IMG/VR virus record: IMGVR_UViG_3300035701_000008
Coordinates: 32,001 to 96,000 of that record
Length of the DNA: 64,000 nucleotides
Reading direction: 5' to 3' (one strand)
Source of the DNA: a virus
A model generated the notes under the pieces. That model ran no database searches. It was not told the DNA's origin and was given only the letters and a program-made list of their open reading frames with translations. Positions 44,590 to 53,472 of this stretch are shown one piece after another. Position 1 is the first letter of the stretch. Every line of letters begins with the position of its first letter. The translations under genes were made by a program, and so were the position numbers.

Positions 44590-44815
44590 ATTATGTTTTG
44601 TATCACTCTAGTGAGTTTAAAACTGACTACACTGATATGAAACATAATATGCATAATATAGGTAAGTTCAATGATACGCAGCACATACATTGACTATTTA
44701 AACTGATGTGTGGCGCTTATAGTCCCCAGTGATTATACAAAATTATAACCAAGTCACTTACTGTCCTTCAAGAGAGTATCCTAATAATACTCCAAGTTAT
44801 AATTTAATATCTCTG

Positions 44816-44823
44816 CAAATATA
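44816..44823 (-). promoter_or_regulatory. Bacteroidota -7 promoter for the ncRNA block
   Basis: TATATTTG within the hairpin 44808-44836. Confidence 0.65.
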
Positions 44824-44859
44824 ATTTACAGGGATAAATAAAACAAACAAAACAATCAA

Positions 44860-46254
44860 TTATATTTTAATCTCTTGTTCACCTACACCTTCTGTATAGC
44901 TGTACACTCTGTCTTCACAAGTCACCTTAATCTGTTTACCACCTGTAGCAAGACATAAATCTCTCAATTCATCATTAAATTCTATCAATGATACAGCATT
45001 CACCTTATAAGGGAATTCATCTGTATTGATTCTATCTTGACCATCGTTCAAAATTAATATCTCTGGTTTCTCATGTGATAGGTCAATATCAAGATTACAT
45101 AATCTACCACTAGATATCTCATCAGAAATACGTTCAACCATAGCAGCAACAGCTGTTTCTCCACCATTAGGTTCATTAGAGAATGTTTGCCAAAATTTAA
45201 TTACATCCTCTTTGTTCTTAATGTGTTGAAATTCTAATTGGTCTGGATCATGAACAAAATAACTAAAGAACACCTCAGCTTCTCCCTTCATTACATACCT
45301 GAATCTGTCTATTAATATAGCATTCACCCAAGTTTGTTTACTATCCTCCCACATAGAACCAGAGAAATCTAGAATGATGATGATCTTTTGAATCTGTTCT
45401 TTTCTATCAACTGGTACATTAACTGTCAAATCTTTAGTTAAGAACTTAGTTCTGAAGTTAGGGAACATCTTTTGATAAAGATCCATCATATGCATTTGAG
45501 CATAGTCTCTCATAATCATCTTAGAATACTCATCAGAATTAGCCACTATCTTTTCAGATATTTCCTTTTCCACTTTGAACTCACTACCAAACTTACCAAC
45601 AAGAGACAAATGGTTCATAATCTCCATCTTTTTATCTCTACTTCTATCATTTAGTTCTAGTTGTTCATTGATGTCTGGATCAGCATATATTTTTCTGTCA
45701 AAATCTAATCCTTTCTTGAGATCTAGCTCATCATCTTCTTGTCTTTCACCATCTGAGTCTTCATTCTTACTTGCTAATTTCAAATAAATAGCAACAGCTT
45801 GTTCAAGAGGTGTAAATCCAGGAATGTATTGCCCATAGATAGAATCAATCAATGGTTTCTTTCTATCATATTGTGCTCTATCTTTATCAGTGAGTGAATC
45901 AACATCTAGATATTTATCATCCAGATAATTAGGTTCTTCGATCATCTTGAAATAACATGCACGTGCTAACTCTTTGATCATATCAATACTCTCTTGACTC
46001 TTGACATATCTAAGTTTCTTCTTTATCTCAGTGGATGTTGGTGTAATGTAATTAACTGGATCTTTAACAAATAAGTTGCTATCATCATCCTCATCAACCT
46101 CTTTAATAAATGAATATGTAGACCAGCTATTTTTAGACCAACTACCACCACCATACTTACTCTTCCAACTTCCTACACTCTTTTTGGGAGTGTAGGTTGG
46201 AGTATAATAATCACCATAGTAATCATCATCAATGTTATCAAATAATGTTCTCAT
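44860..46254 (-). CDS. VWA-domain protein (MoxR partner)
   Basis: MIDAS DFSGS, GGET, LNDG. Confidence 0.85.
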   Translation of the reverse strand: MRTLFDNIDDDYYGDYYTPTYTPKKSVGSWKSKYGGGSWSKNSWSTYSFIKEVDEDDDSNLFVKDPVNYITPTSTEIKKKLRYVKSQESIDMIKELARACYFKMIEEPNYLDDKYLDVDSLTDKDRAQYDRKKPLIDSIYGQYIPGFTPLEQAVAIYLKLASKNEDSDGERQEDDELDLKKGLDFDRKIYADPDINEQLELNDRSRDKKMEIMNHLSLVGKFGSEFKVEKEISEKIVANSDEYSKMIMRDYAQMHMMDLYQKMFPNFRTKFLTKDLTVNVPVDRKEQIQKIIIILDFSGSMWEDSKQTWVNAILIDRFRYVMKGEAEVFFSYFVHDPDQLEFQHIKNKEDVIKFWQTFSNEPNGGETAVAAMVERISDEISSGRLCNLDIDLSHEKPEILILNDGQDRINTDEFPYKVNAVSLIEFNDELRDLCLATGGKQIKVTCEDRVYSYTEGVGEQEIKI

Positions 46255-47564
46255 TAGATAAATGCATTTATGGTTAGATTTTTATCAAATTTGGTTTTAG
46301 CTTGTGTAGCACTCTTAACTAATTGTGAATGTATGTGTGCTATATCATCACCTACAGTGAGGCCTTTGATGTCTGTAAGTTGTTTGTTAAGATCACCAAT
46401 TGCATCTTTGTACATCTTCTCATCCTCTCTTGTTACCAATGGTAGGTGATTTAGTGTCTCAATACTATAAGTGATAGCTGCAGATAAGTCTCTAAACTTA
46501 ATTGTAGCTTCGAACTTCTTAATCACTTCAGCAATCAATGCTGGTTTCTTAGCAAACTCTGCAATGAAACCTAATGAATCTGGACCACATTGATCATACA
46601 CTGAATAAGCTGTTACAGCTACACGTGGACTAATTGTAATACCATTCTTAGCATACTCTTGTAACAAGTATGGAATCACTGGATCTACATTATCTACACC
46701 AAACTTACTTTCTAGTAATCTGTTATAGGATATTTCTGTGTAGTTATCCCATACAACATTCAATTCTAAAGGAAATCTCTCCATCAATGCTTTTAATGAC
46801 ATATTCTTAGAGAATTCATCACGAGTTCTATTTGTACAACAAATGATGAACTTAGTAGCAATAGGAAATATCTGTGTACCATTTCTGAATACACCTGATG
46901 ATAAAATATCCTTCAATTGCTCTAGAATAAAATCTGGTGCATCGAACAACTCTTCGAACACTACATATTCATGGTTCATGAAAGAATTCTCTACAAGATA
47001 TTCTATCTTACCTGTTTTCTCGAATGTTGGTATATCAAGACCACCAAACAATCTGTCTGTTGTCATACCTGTACCCATTGTAATAATGTAAGGAGTGATT
47101 CCTTTAGATTGAAGAAAATCAAGTGTTATTTCTGATTTTCCATGACCCCCTGCGCCATATAAAACTACATTCTTACCTGTTTGAAATCCTACATTAAGAA
47201 TGTTAACTGTTTTGTCCATAAATACGAACTTCTCTGATACTGGATTTGCTTTTGCTGATCTCTTTGCTGTTGTTTTCATTTTTCTTTCTGTTATTAGGTT
47301 GTTGTTTAATTTAATTTGTTCTAAAATTTCTTCGATTATTATTTCTTCTTCTTTGAGAATACATTGTGATGGTCTAAATGTCCAATCATTTATACGAAAT
47401 TGTTGGTTAGATTCAATACTACTATTACATCCATCAGGAACATCTTGTCCCATGAAACGATCCATTTTATTGTAACTATTCCAATGTTTTGGTACATGAG
47501 CAATAGTATCCCAAAGACCATCTCTTTTGAATTCTTCCTCTGTCTTAAATCTATATTTACTCAT
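46254..47564 (-). CDS. MoxR/RavA-like AAA+ ATPase
   Basis: GAGGHGKS, RLFGG, VVFEE, CTN, ALMERF. Confidence 0.85.
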   Translation of the reverse strand: MSKYRFKTEEEFKRDGLWDTIAHVPKHWNSYNKMDRFMGQDVPDGCNSSIESNQQFRINDWTFRPSQCILKEEEIIIEEILEQIKLNNNLITERKMKTTAKRSAKANPVSEKFVFMDKTVNILNVGFQTGKNVVLYGAGGHGKSEITLDFLQSKGITPYIITMGTGMTTDRLFGGLDIPTFEKTGKIEYLVENSFMNHEYVVFEELFDAPDFILEQLKDILSSGVFRNGTQIFPIATKFIICCTNRTRDEFSKNMSLKALMERFPLELNVVWDNYTEISYNRLLESKFGVDNVDPVIPYLLQEYAKNGITISPRVAVTAYSVYDQCGPDSLGFIAEFAKKPALIAEVIKKFEATIKFRDLSAAITYSIETLNHLPLVTREDEKMYKDAIGDLNKQLTDIKGLTVGDDIAHIHSQLVKSATQAKTKFDKNLTINAFI

Positions 47565-47575
47565 AGCTTTTATAT

Positions 47576-47602
47576 AAAAAGAGAGCCATTACAGCTCTCT
47601 TA
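47576..47602 (-). terminator. Intrinsic terminator
   Basis: AGAGAGC/GCTCTCT stem with U tract. Confidence 0.7.
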
Positions 47603-47606
47603 TTAA

Positions 47607-48044
47607 TTAGTCTTCATCTTCTTCAATTCTTCTTCTGATGAATTCATCTAATGCATCTTTGATCTCTTTAGGAAGATCTTCTCCATTGATAGTGGAAACA
47701 TCATGACCCATAGATTTAATCTTATCTAATAGTTCACCAGCACCACCACCAATCTTAAGTTCTGCATATTGACGCATTGCATTTTCTTCCATTTCTTCTA
47801 TCCTACTTTTAAGATAGAATCCTGCAAGGATAACCAATTGAGAATAACTATACTCATTCAATGCAGCTTCTACAAGCTTGCTTGTTTGACAGTCTAGTAT
47901 TTTCTCATTCACTGTGTCCACTTTAAGATTAAAGATAATATCTTTGGTCTTATCGTTTAACTCATCTAAATAGGCTTGATTTACGCCTAAAGCTTTGTTG
48001 ATCTTTGTTTCTTCGTGATCAAATGTAAAAATTGTTGCATTCAT
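47607..48044 (-). CDS. Hypothetical protein
   Basis: 145 aa ORF. Confidence 0.7.
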   Translation of the reverse strand: MNATIFTFDHEETKINKALGVNQAYLDELNDKTKDIIFNLKVDTVNEKILDCQTSKLVEAALNEYSYSQLVILAGFYLKSRIEEMEENAMRQYAELKIGGGAGELLDKIKSMGHDVSTINGEDLPKEIKDALDEFIRRRIEEDED

Positions 48045-48208
48045 GTTATTAAGGATTTATTGTTCTATTGTTTGTCTTGTATTTATTATCTTTTCTCTTA
48101 TAATTCCTTTTCTGAAATTATATAACACTTCAATTATCAACCTTCTAGCTTTAATTGCTTTAAATCTATCTGTTGATCCTACCAATGTACCTTTATACAC
48201 CCTACGTC

Positions 48209-48439
48209 TCATATCAATTTAATAACAGCTAGTATTATATCAATTACTATGATTGCAGAAAAACAAAATACAAGAATCCTATTTGTTTTAGACAAATGTT
48301 CATTATGTTTTTCTAGCAGTTCTACTCTTAGTTCTTTTAGACTAATAAGTCTATCAGATGTTTCTAAGCATCTCTGTTGAGCTTCTATCAATTTTGTTAG
48401 TTGATCGAATGTTTCTTCAATTCCTCTTTGTTTTTGCAT
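48209..48439 (-). CDS. Coiled-coil protein with C-terminal TM
   Basis: 76 aa ORF. Confidence 0.65.
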   Translation of the reverse strand: MQKQRGIEETFDQLTKLIEAQQRCLETSDRLISLKELRVELLEKHNEHLSKTNRILVFCFSAIIVIDIILAVIKLI

Positions 48440-48450
48440 ATTATTTTATA

Positions 48451-48615
48451 TTAGTTTTTACTTATCATCATACCAATAAGAATTGGTAATACTAAAGGAC
48501 TGAACACAAGACATACATAATGTCTAAACTCTAGATCATCTATATGCTTATAAGACTCAATAAAAATTCCTACCATAACTAAATATGATAGGAATATATA
48601 TAATGTGATTATCAT
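48451..48615 (-). CDS. Small membrane protein (54 aa)
   Basis: Not in track. Two hydrophobic segments. Confidence 0.55.
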   Translation of the reverse strand: MIITLYIFLSYLVMVGIFIESYKHIDDLEFRHYVCLVFSPLVLPILIGMMISKN

Positions 48616-48803
48616 AATCCAATAAGATCATCAAAACAACTCTCTAACAAATCTGTTAGCTTTTGTCTCTCGTGTAACAATACATCTATTTGTTCTTCTA
48701 TCTCATGGATGTTTGTGTCATCATGAGCATCTCTAAGGCTATCTAATGAATGTATTTCATTTTTGATAACTTGTAACCTCTGTTCAATAATTTCTGTTTT
48801 CAT
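48612..48803 (-). CDS. Hypothetical coiled-coil protein
   Basis: 63 aa ORF. Confidence 0.65.
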   Translation of the reverse strand: MKTEIIEQRLQVIKNEIHSLDSLRDAHDDTNIHEIEEQIDVLLHERQKLTDLLESCFDDLIGL

Positions 48804-48817
48804 TGTTATATTTGTTA

Positions 48818-49021
48818 TTAAGAATTAAAATTGTTATCAAGATCATTTCCAATTATAGCACTTGGTATCCAACCAAATGTCATCATAAAGAATAACATTG
48901 CACCATGTGTCATGCATTGTTTGTACGTTACATCAGATAATAAATATCCAATAAGACCGAAAGACATCCATGTAAGGAGTAGTGAAGCTATTACAGCTAA
49001 CATAATTTTTGTTGATTTCAT
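48818..49021 (-). CDS. Small membrane protein
   Basis: Two TM segments. Confidence 0.65.
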   Translation of the reverse strand: MKSTKIMLAVIASLLLTWMSFGLIGYLLSDVTYKQCMTHGAMLFFMMTFGWIPSAIIGNDLDNNFNS

Positions 49022-49037
49022 AATTATTAAGGATTTG

Positions 49038-49247
49038 TTATTTTATATAAATACTACAATGACTGAATTCTTGTTCTTTTATAATCCAGTCAACATCTAT
49101 TACTGAACAATTATGAATTACACCTTTATGTGTAACATCAAAATTGTTATCTCCTTTAACTGGAAGTGCAGGTAATAGTATTTCTAATTGATCTATTTCA
49201 GGAAATTCACCTCCCATATCTATTAAGAAGCATTTGATTAAATTCAT
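49038..49247 (-). CDS. Hypothetical protein
   Basis: 69 aa ORF. Confidence 0.6.
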   Translation of the reverse strand: MNLIKCFLIDMGGEFPEIDQLEILLPALPVKGDNNFDVTHKGVIHNCSVIDVDWIIKEQEFSHCSIYIK

Positions 49248-49275
49248 TTTGTTTGTTATTAAGGAGTTTAATTAA

Positions 49276-49602
49276 TTATTGAACAACATTAAAATGTATT
49301 CTTTTAGGAAATATCCCATCAAATACAAATTTAGTTACATTACATAACCACACAGGAGTAAATCCTAAATGATAAATGCATCCATTTGGTGGTGTTTGTA
49401 TTATTCTTTTAAGAGTTTCAAATCCATCAGGACATTCTTTGTCTGTTGATAGATCTATTGACACTGTGTCACCATTGTTTGATAGATGGTCTAATAATGT
49501 ATCAGCACCACCAACCATTTGTAATTCTGCTTTTGTTCCTGTCCATTCTGGTAAATCTATATACCAATTGTTGTTTTCTTTGTTAAAACGGTAATTCTTC
49601 AT
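49276..49602 (-). CDS. Conserved phage protein
   Basis: WYIDLPEW..LQMVGGADTLLD...WLCNVTKFVF. Confidence 0.75.
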   Translation of the reverse strand: MKNYRFNKENNNWYIDLPEWTGTKAELQMVGGADTLLDHLSNNGDTVSIDLSTDKECPDGFETLKRIIQTPPNGCIYHLGFTPVWLCNVTKFVFDGIFPKRIHFNVVQ

Positions 49603-49786
49603 CTGTTTGTCTGTATTTATTATTTAATATTTCGTCTGCCATTTCTATAATCTCAAACTCTTGTTGTTGCACTGTATCCAAGAGTTCAAGACATAGATTG
49701 TATTGTCCTAGATAATATTCCCAATTGCTTGCATTATCTTTTAGATAGTTAAGCTCTTCTAGCTTTGATTGTAATATTTCTAACAT
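49583..49786 (-). CDS. Hypothetical protein, paralog of 50887..51027
   Basis: KLEEL...EYYLGQ...LELL. Confidence 0.65.
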   Translation of the reverse strand: MLEILQSKLEELNYLKDNASNWEYYLGQYNLCLELLDTVQQQEFEIIEMADEILNNKYRQTDEELPF

Positions 49787-50229
49787 GATTGTGTATTTAA
49801 TTCAGAGATTCTTCTCTGCCATATTTCTCTAAATCCTTCTATTTCATCAGATGTAAACCACATGCTGTCTGTATGTAATACATTCTTACCAACCCACCAA
49901 GAATAATGATAATGCTTGTTATACATATCACTAATCTCTTCATGTTTGTACATAGCAAGATCACTATTATGCATAGACCATTCATCAATATACCAATCTT
50001 CATCATCATGATAACTTTCATAATAATCATCATCATCATAATAATAAGTTTGTGGACTATATTGATCAAACACTGTTTCTTCAAGAATGTAATAGTTATC
50101 TATACCATCATAGTTAATAAGATCATCTAAGAACTTATCAGCATCTTCTCTATTGAGAAACATCTTTCTATTGTGCGAAGCATAATAATCATCTGTATAA
50201 TGTCTCCAATGTGCTGTAAATATCTTCAT
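49780..50229 (-). CDS. Asp/Tyr-rich protein
   Basis: 149 aa with a YYYDDDDYY tract. Confidence 0.65.
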   Translation of the reverse strand: MKIFTAHWRHYTDDYYASHNRKMFLNREDADKFLDDLINYDGIDNYYILEETVFDQYSPQTYYYDDDDYYESYHDDEDWYIDEWSMHNSDLAMYKHEEISDMYNKHYHYSWWVGKNVLHTDSMWFTSDEIEGFREIWQRRISELNTQSC

Positions 50230-50239
50230 AATACGTTGT

Positions 50240-50353
50240 TTAAAAATGACTACCTAATGCAGCATCAATTTGATTATTAATATGTCTTTGTTCCCAAATG
50301 GTAAGCTCATCATATGCTTTACCATAATACCTCTGTGCAAATTCTTCTTCCAT
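50240..50353 (-). CDS. Hypothetical protein (37 aa)
   Basis: Not in track. MEEEFAQRYYGKAYDELT... Confidence 0.5.
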   Translation of the reverse strand: MEEEFAQRYYGKAYDELTIWEQRHINNQIDAALGSHF

Positions 50354-50639
50354 AATATATATGTATTTGATTTGTGTTTTACACCTAAAACTTTATTATC
50401 TCTGTATCACTATTGAAAAGTTGGATACTTGACCATAATTTGTATATATGGAAAGAAACTGGTGTCCTCAACATCTTGGAAGGTTATTGAGTTTTTTATG
50501 AGAGCTTGATTTCCTCTCTTGTGTTATGTTAGCCTAACAGAACCTCTTTCTCCACACCTAATCCTTGGATTATACAGTGGCTGGTTGTTAACACAATGTA
50601 AATGTGAAAGAATATTCTCTACATTGTGTACTAGTATTA

Positions 50640-50873
50640 TTAATCACACCAACTTCTAGAACAAGAAGGACATGATGTTATGTGTGAACCAGAAGACATT
50701 TTAAATGCATCATCCTCTCCATATCTATCAACTAACATTTCTCCTAGTGTTTCAAGTTTACCATATTTATCATCTCTAACCCAATTATACATGTGATTAC
50801 ATGATTTATATGCGAATAGAGGAACTTTGTTGGTTTCACAATATATTCTCTGATTGTCGTAGTGTATATCCAT
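50640..50873 (-). CDS. Cys-containing hypothetical protein
   Basis: 77 aa, CPSCSRSWCD. Confidence 0.65.
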   Translation of the reverse strand: MDIHYDNQRIYCETNKVPLFAYKSCNHMYNWVRDDKYGKLETLGEMLVDRYGEDDAFKMSSGSHITSCPSCSRSWCD

Positions 50874-50886
50874 TGTTATAATGTAT

Positions 50887-51027
50887 TTAAAAAGAATTGT
50901 TATCTATATATGATAATAGTTCAAGAACAATATCTCGTTGTCCTAAGAAGTATTCATAATCTAGTATATTATCACTAAGTAATATATTATCTATTTCTTT
51001 AAGCTTGTTATGTAACCATGTCTTCAT
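50887..51027 (-). CDS. Hypothetical protein, paralog of 49583
   Basis: MKTWLHNKLKEI...EYFLGQ...LELL. Confidence 0.6.
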   Translation of the reverse strand: MKTWLHNKLKEIDNILLSDNILDYEYFLGQRDIVLELLSYIDNNSF

Positions 51028-51107
51028 GAATGCTATATTTATTGCTTTGTTTATTGTTATTTGTGTTTGTTCTTGATTGATGTTTATGCTAATGAGGTGT
51101 ACGCTAC

Positions 51108-51235
51108 AACATATATATACACCCAAAAAGTTTTTTTCTCCCTCGTAAAAAGTTTTATTACATATATATATAGGTATAAACTTTTCCACTAGGAAGAAAT
51201 AAACTTTTTTCCACTCCTATATATATAGGAAGGAT
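51108..51235. repeat. AT-rich repeat region, candidate origin
   Basis: Three (TA)n tracts, aaaaagtttt twice, ataaactttt(tt)ccact twice. Confidence 0.4.
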
Positions 51236-51255
51236 GAATATAGATTTATATACGT

Positions 51256-51282
51256 AAAAAAAAAGGCTCGTTAGAGCCTTTT
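51256..51282 (-). terminator. Intrinsic terminator
   Basis: AAAAGGCTC/GAGCCTTTT stem with U9 on the minus strand. Confidence 0.85.
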
Positions 51283-51284
51283 CA

Positions 51285-51638
51285 TTAACCTAAATCATTG
51301 TATTCTTCTACTGAAGCTTTAGCTTCAGGCTTGAAGTTCTCAATAGTCATAGATTCAAGCGTAATTTCATTACGTTTCAATCCTATTAACTTCTTAAATG
51401 TAATGTAACTTACCATAGCAAGTTTACCATCATCATTAGTATCAAGTTTTAAGCTTTCAATACCACCATCTTCTAAAGCAGTAAAGAAGCTTTCATCATT
51501 GCTGATAAATACTTTACCATCATAATTAAATCTACGATAGAATTGTCCTTCCATTTTTGTACCTGTTGCGTAAGGTAATAATCCACTAATTGTTTGAATC
51601 CCTAAGATGTCTTTTGCATTCACTGTTTGAATAGCCAT
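51285..51638 (-). CDS. Hypothetical protein, first gene of the leftward block
   Basis: 117 aa ORF with its own terminator. Confidence 0.75.
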   Translation of the reverse strand: MAIQTVNAKDILGIQTISGLLPYATGTKMEGQFYRRFNYDGKVFISNDESFFTALEDGGIESLKLDTNDDGKLAMVSYITFKKLIGLKRNEITLESMTIENFKPEAKASVEEYNDLG

Positions 51639-51798
51639 AATTTCTGTTTTTTAATTGTTTAATGGGGGAGCACCCCGCTCACCCAAACATAGGTGGGGTA
51701 GTTGATTGGAAGTGGTCTCACATCCCACATACACAATGGGTTTCCAAATTTTGAAAAAAAATTTTAAAAAAGTTTTGGCTGGTATGTATTTTATGCAT

Positions 51799-51806
51799 TA
51801 CCTTTG
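51799..51806 (+). promoter_or_regulatory. Bacteroidota promoter TACCTTTG with -33 TTTG
   Basis: TTTG at 51774-51777, 21-nt spacer. Confidence 0.55.
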
Positions 51807-51931
51807 GTGGGTGGGTGGGTATGTCTATATAAGTATATGTTATCTGTATACATCTATAGAGAAAGTTTTCATAATATAGCATAGGTATTAAATATTTTAT
51901 CTATATATGTATTTTATATATCTTTATTGTA

Positions 51932-51939
51932 TATCTTTG
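51932..51939 (+). promoter_or_regulatory. Bacteroidota -7 promoter TATCTTTG
   Basis: Consensus match 26 nt before the 51966 ATG. Confidence 0.6.
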
Positions 51940-51965
51940 TCATATGATTAGATAAAAACTACATT

Positions 51966-52355
51966 ATGATTATACAAAAACTTAAAAGATCTATTGATAC
52001 AGACATAGAATTAGCTGAGAAATATTATAGTTTATTATCAGCTGTTAACTCTCTTAAACTAACAGAGAGAGAAATACAACTCATAGCTTTTACATCTATT
52101 AAAGGGAATATTACATATGCTAATGTTAGAGAGGAGTTTTGTAATAAGTATAATAGTACATCTCCTTCTATTAACAACATTATATCAAAGCTTAAGAAGA
52201 TAGGTATATTCATCAAGGAGAATGGTAAGGTGAAAGTTAATCCAATTATATCAATTGATTTCACAAAAGATTTAACGTTAGAAATAAAACTAGTACATGG
52301 AGAAACCACCATCAATGTCAGTAAAGGAGTGGATAATAAAAAGGATGTCAATTAA
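51966..52355 (+). CDS. Winged-HTH-like protein
   Basis: LTEREIQLI...SINNIISKLKKIG. Confidence 0.6.
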   Translation: MIIQKLKRSIDTDIELAEKYYSLLSAVNSLKLTEREIQLIAFTSIKGNITYANVREEFCNKYNSTSPSINNIISKLKKIGIFIKENGKVKVNPIISIDFTKDLTLEIKLVHGETTINVSKGVDNKKDVN

Positions 52356-52686
52356 TATGGTGATATCTGAGAAGGTGATTGAGCAAGTGGTTAATCATCA
52401 GTTTGATTCTGCCAATGATGCTCTCACATCAAATGATACATTAGAGATATCTGGGTTTGGGAAGTTTTTGTTTAATAAGAAGAAAGCTCAGTTACATTAT
52501 GAGAAGCTTCTTAAGATAAAGAAAGCTTATGAGAACATGTTAGAGGATCCATCTATTACAGATAAGAAAAGACATTCTACAGAGATGAGAATGTTGACAG
52601 TGACAAATGATTTAAGAATATTAAAACCAAAAATAAATGAAGCTAACACAGATATACGAGGGATGGAAGAATCATCTTCTTCCTGA
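52297..52686 (+). CDS. HU/IHF-like DNA-binding protein
   Basis: LEISGFGKF motif, position upstream of terminase as in crAss-like phages. Confidence 0.65.
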   Translation: MEKPPSMSVKEWIIKRMSINMVISEKVIEQVVNHQFDSANDALTSNDTLEISGFGKFLFNKKKAQLHYEKLLKIKKAYENMLEDPSITDKKRHSTEMRMLTVTNDLRILKPKINEANTDIRGMEESSSS

Positions 52687-52909
52687 AGAGAGAACAAAAG
52701 CTTTCATTGAACATGTAAGCTCAGAAAGAATTAGTATATGTGAAGCATGTGATAAGCATTCTTCTAAACATTCTACAATAAGACCAGATGCACATTGTGT
52801 AGAATGTGGATGCACGCTTTCAGCTAAAACAAAATGTTTAACATGTGAATGCCCATTGAAGAAATGGTTAGCACAACCAATACCAATAGAAGATGTTAAA
52901 ACTACGTAA
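52637..52909 (+). CDS. Cys-rich Zn-binding protein
   Basis: CEAC, CVECGC, KTKC...CPLKKW. Confidence 0.7.
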   Translation: MKLTQIYEGWKNHLLPEERTKAFIEHVSSERISICEACDKHSSKHSTIRPDAHCVECGCTLSAKTKCLTCECPLKKWLAQPIPIEDVKTT

Positions 52910-53177
52910 GATACCATTAGGACCATTCATTGAAATGCTTCAAGACCTATGGGAGAATGGGGCTGATTTTATTGATTTATCAGGTGAGCAAAGCAATGAT
53001 AATGATCCATTAGCAAGAGACACAATACAGATAACAGTGAAGCCTGAATATTTATCTAATGAGGAGGAGGATGTAATAGAGCTTATACAAGAAGTGGAAT
53101 TAGATTATTCTAATGATGATATACCAAGCACTATTAGAAAGACATTATCTGATGATGACATAAATGAATTAATATAA
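52893..53177 (+). CDS. Acidic hypothetical protein
   Basis: 94 aa ORF. Confidence 0.7.
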   Translation: MLKLRKIPLGPFIEMLQDLWENGADFIDLSGEQSNDNDPLARDTIQITVKPEYLSNEEEDVIELIQEVELDYSNDDIPSTIRKTLSDDDINELI

Positions 53178-53446
53178 TGGCAAAACCAAACTATTATCGT
53201 CAAATTATACAGACATTAGGAAGATTGTATAAAGCCCATCCCTTCTATAATATGGGACAACATATATCTACAGCAGTGGATGGTTCTGAGTTATGGGGAG
53301 TGTCAGATAAAGAACTATTTCTTTCCTTACAGAAATATGAAGCAAACCTAGAGATGGATGTCAATCATAATGAAGAAGAAATAGAAGCCATTATAAAAGA
53401 TGGCATGAATTTGGAAAGAACATTATTTGAAGAGGAGGAAGATTAA
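53177..53446 (+). CDS. Hypothetical protein
   Basis: 89 aa ORF. Confidence 0.7.
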   Translation: MAKPNYYRQIIQTLGRLYKAHPFYNMGQHISTAVDGSELWGVSDKELFLSLQKYEANLEMDVNHNEEEIEAIIKDGMNLERTLFEEEED

Positions 53447-53472
53447 TAACACAATATAATACCAACTACATA

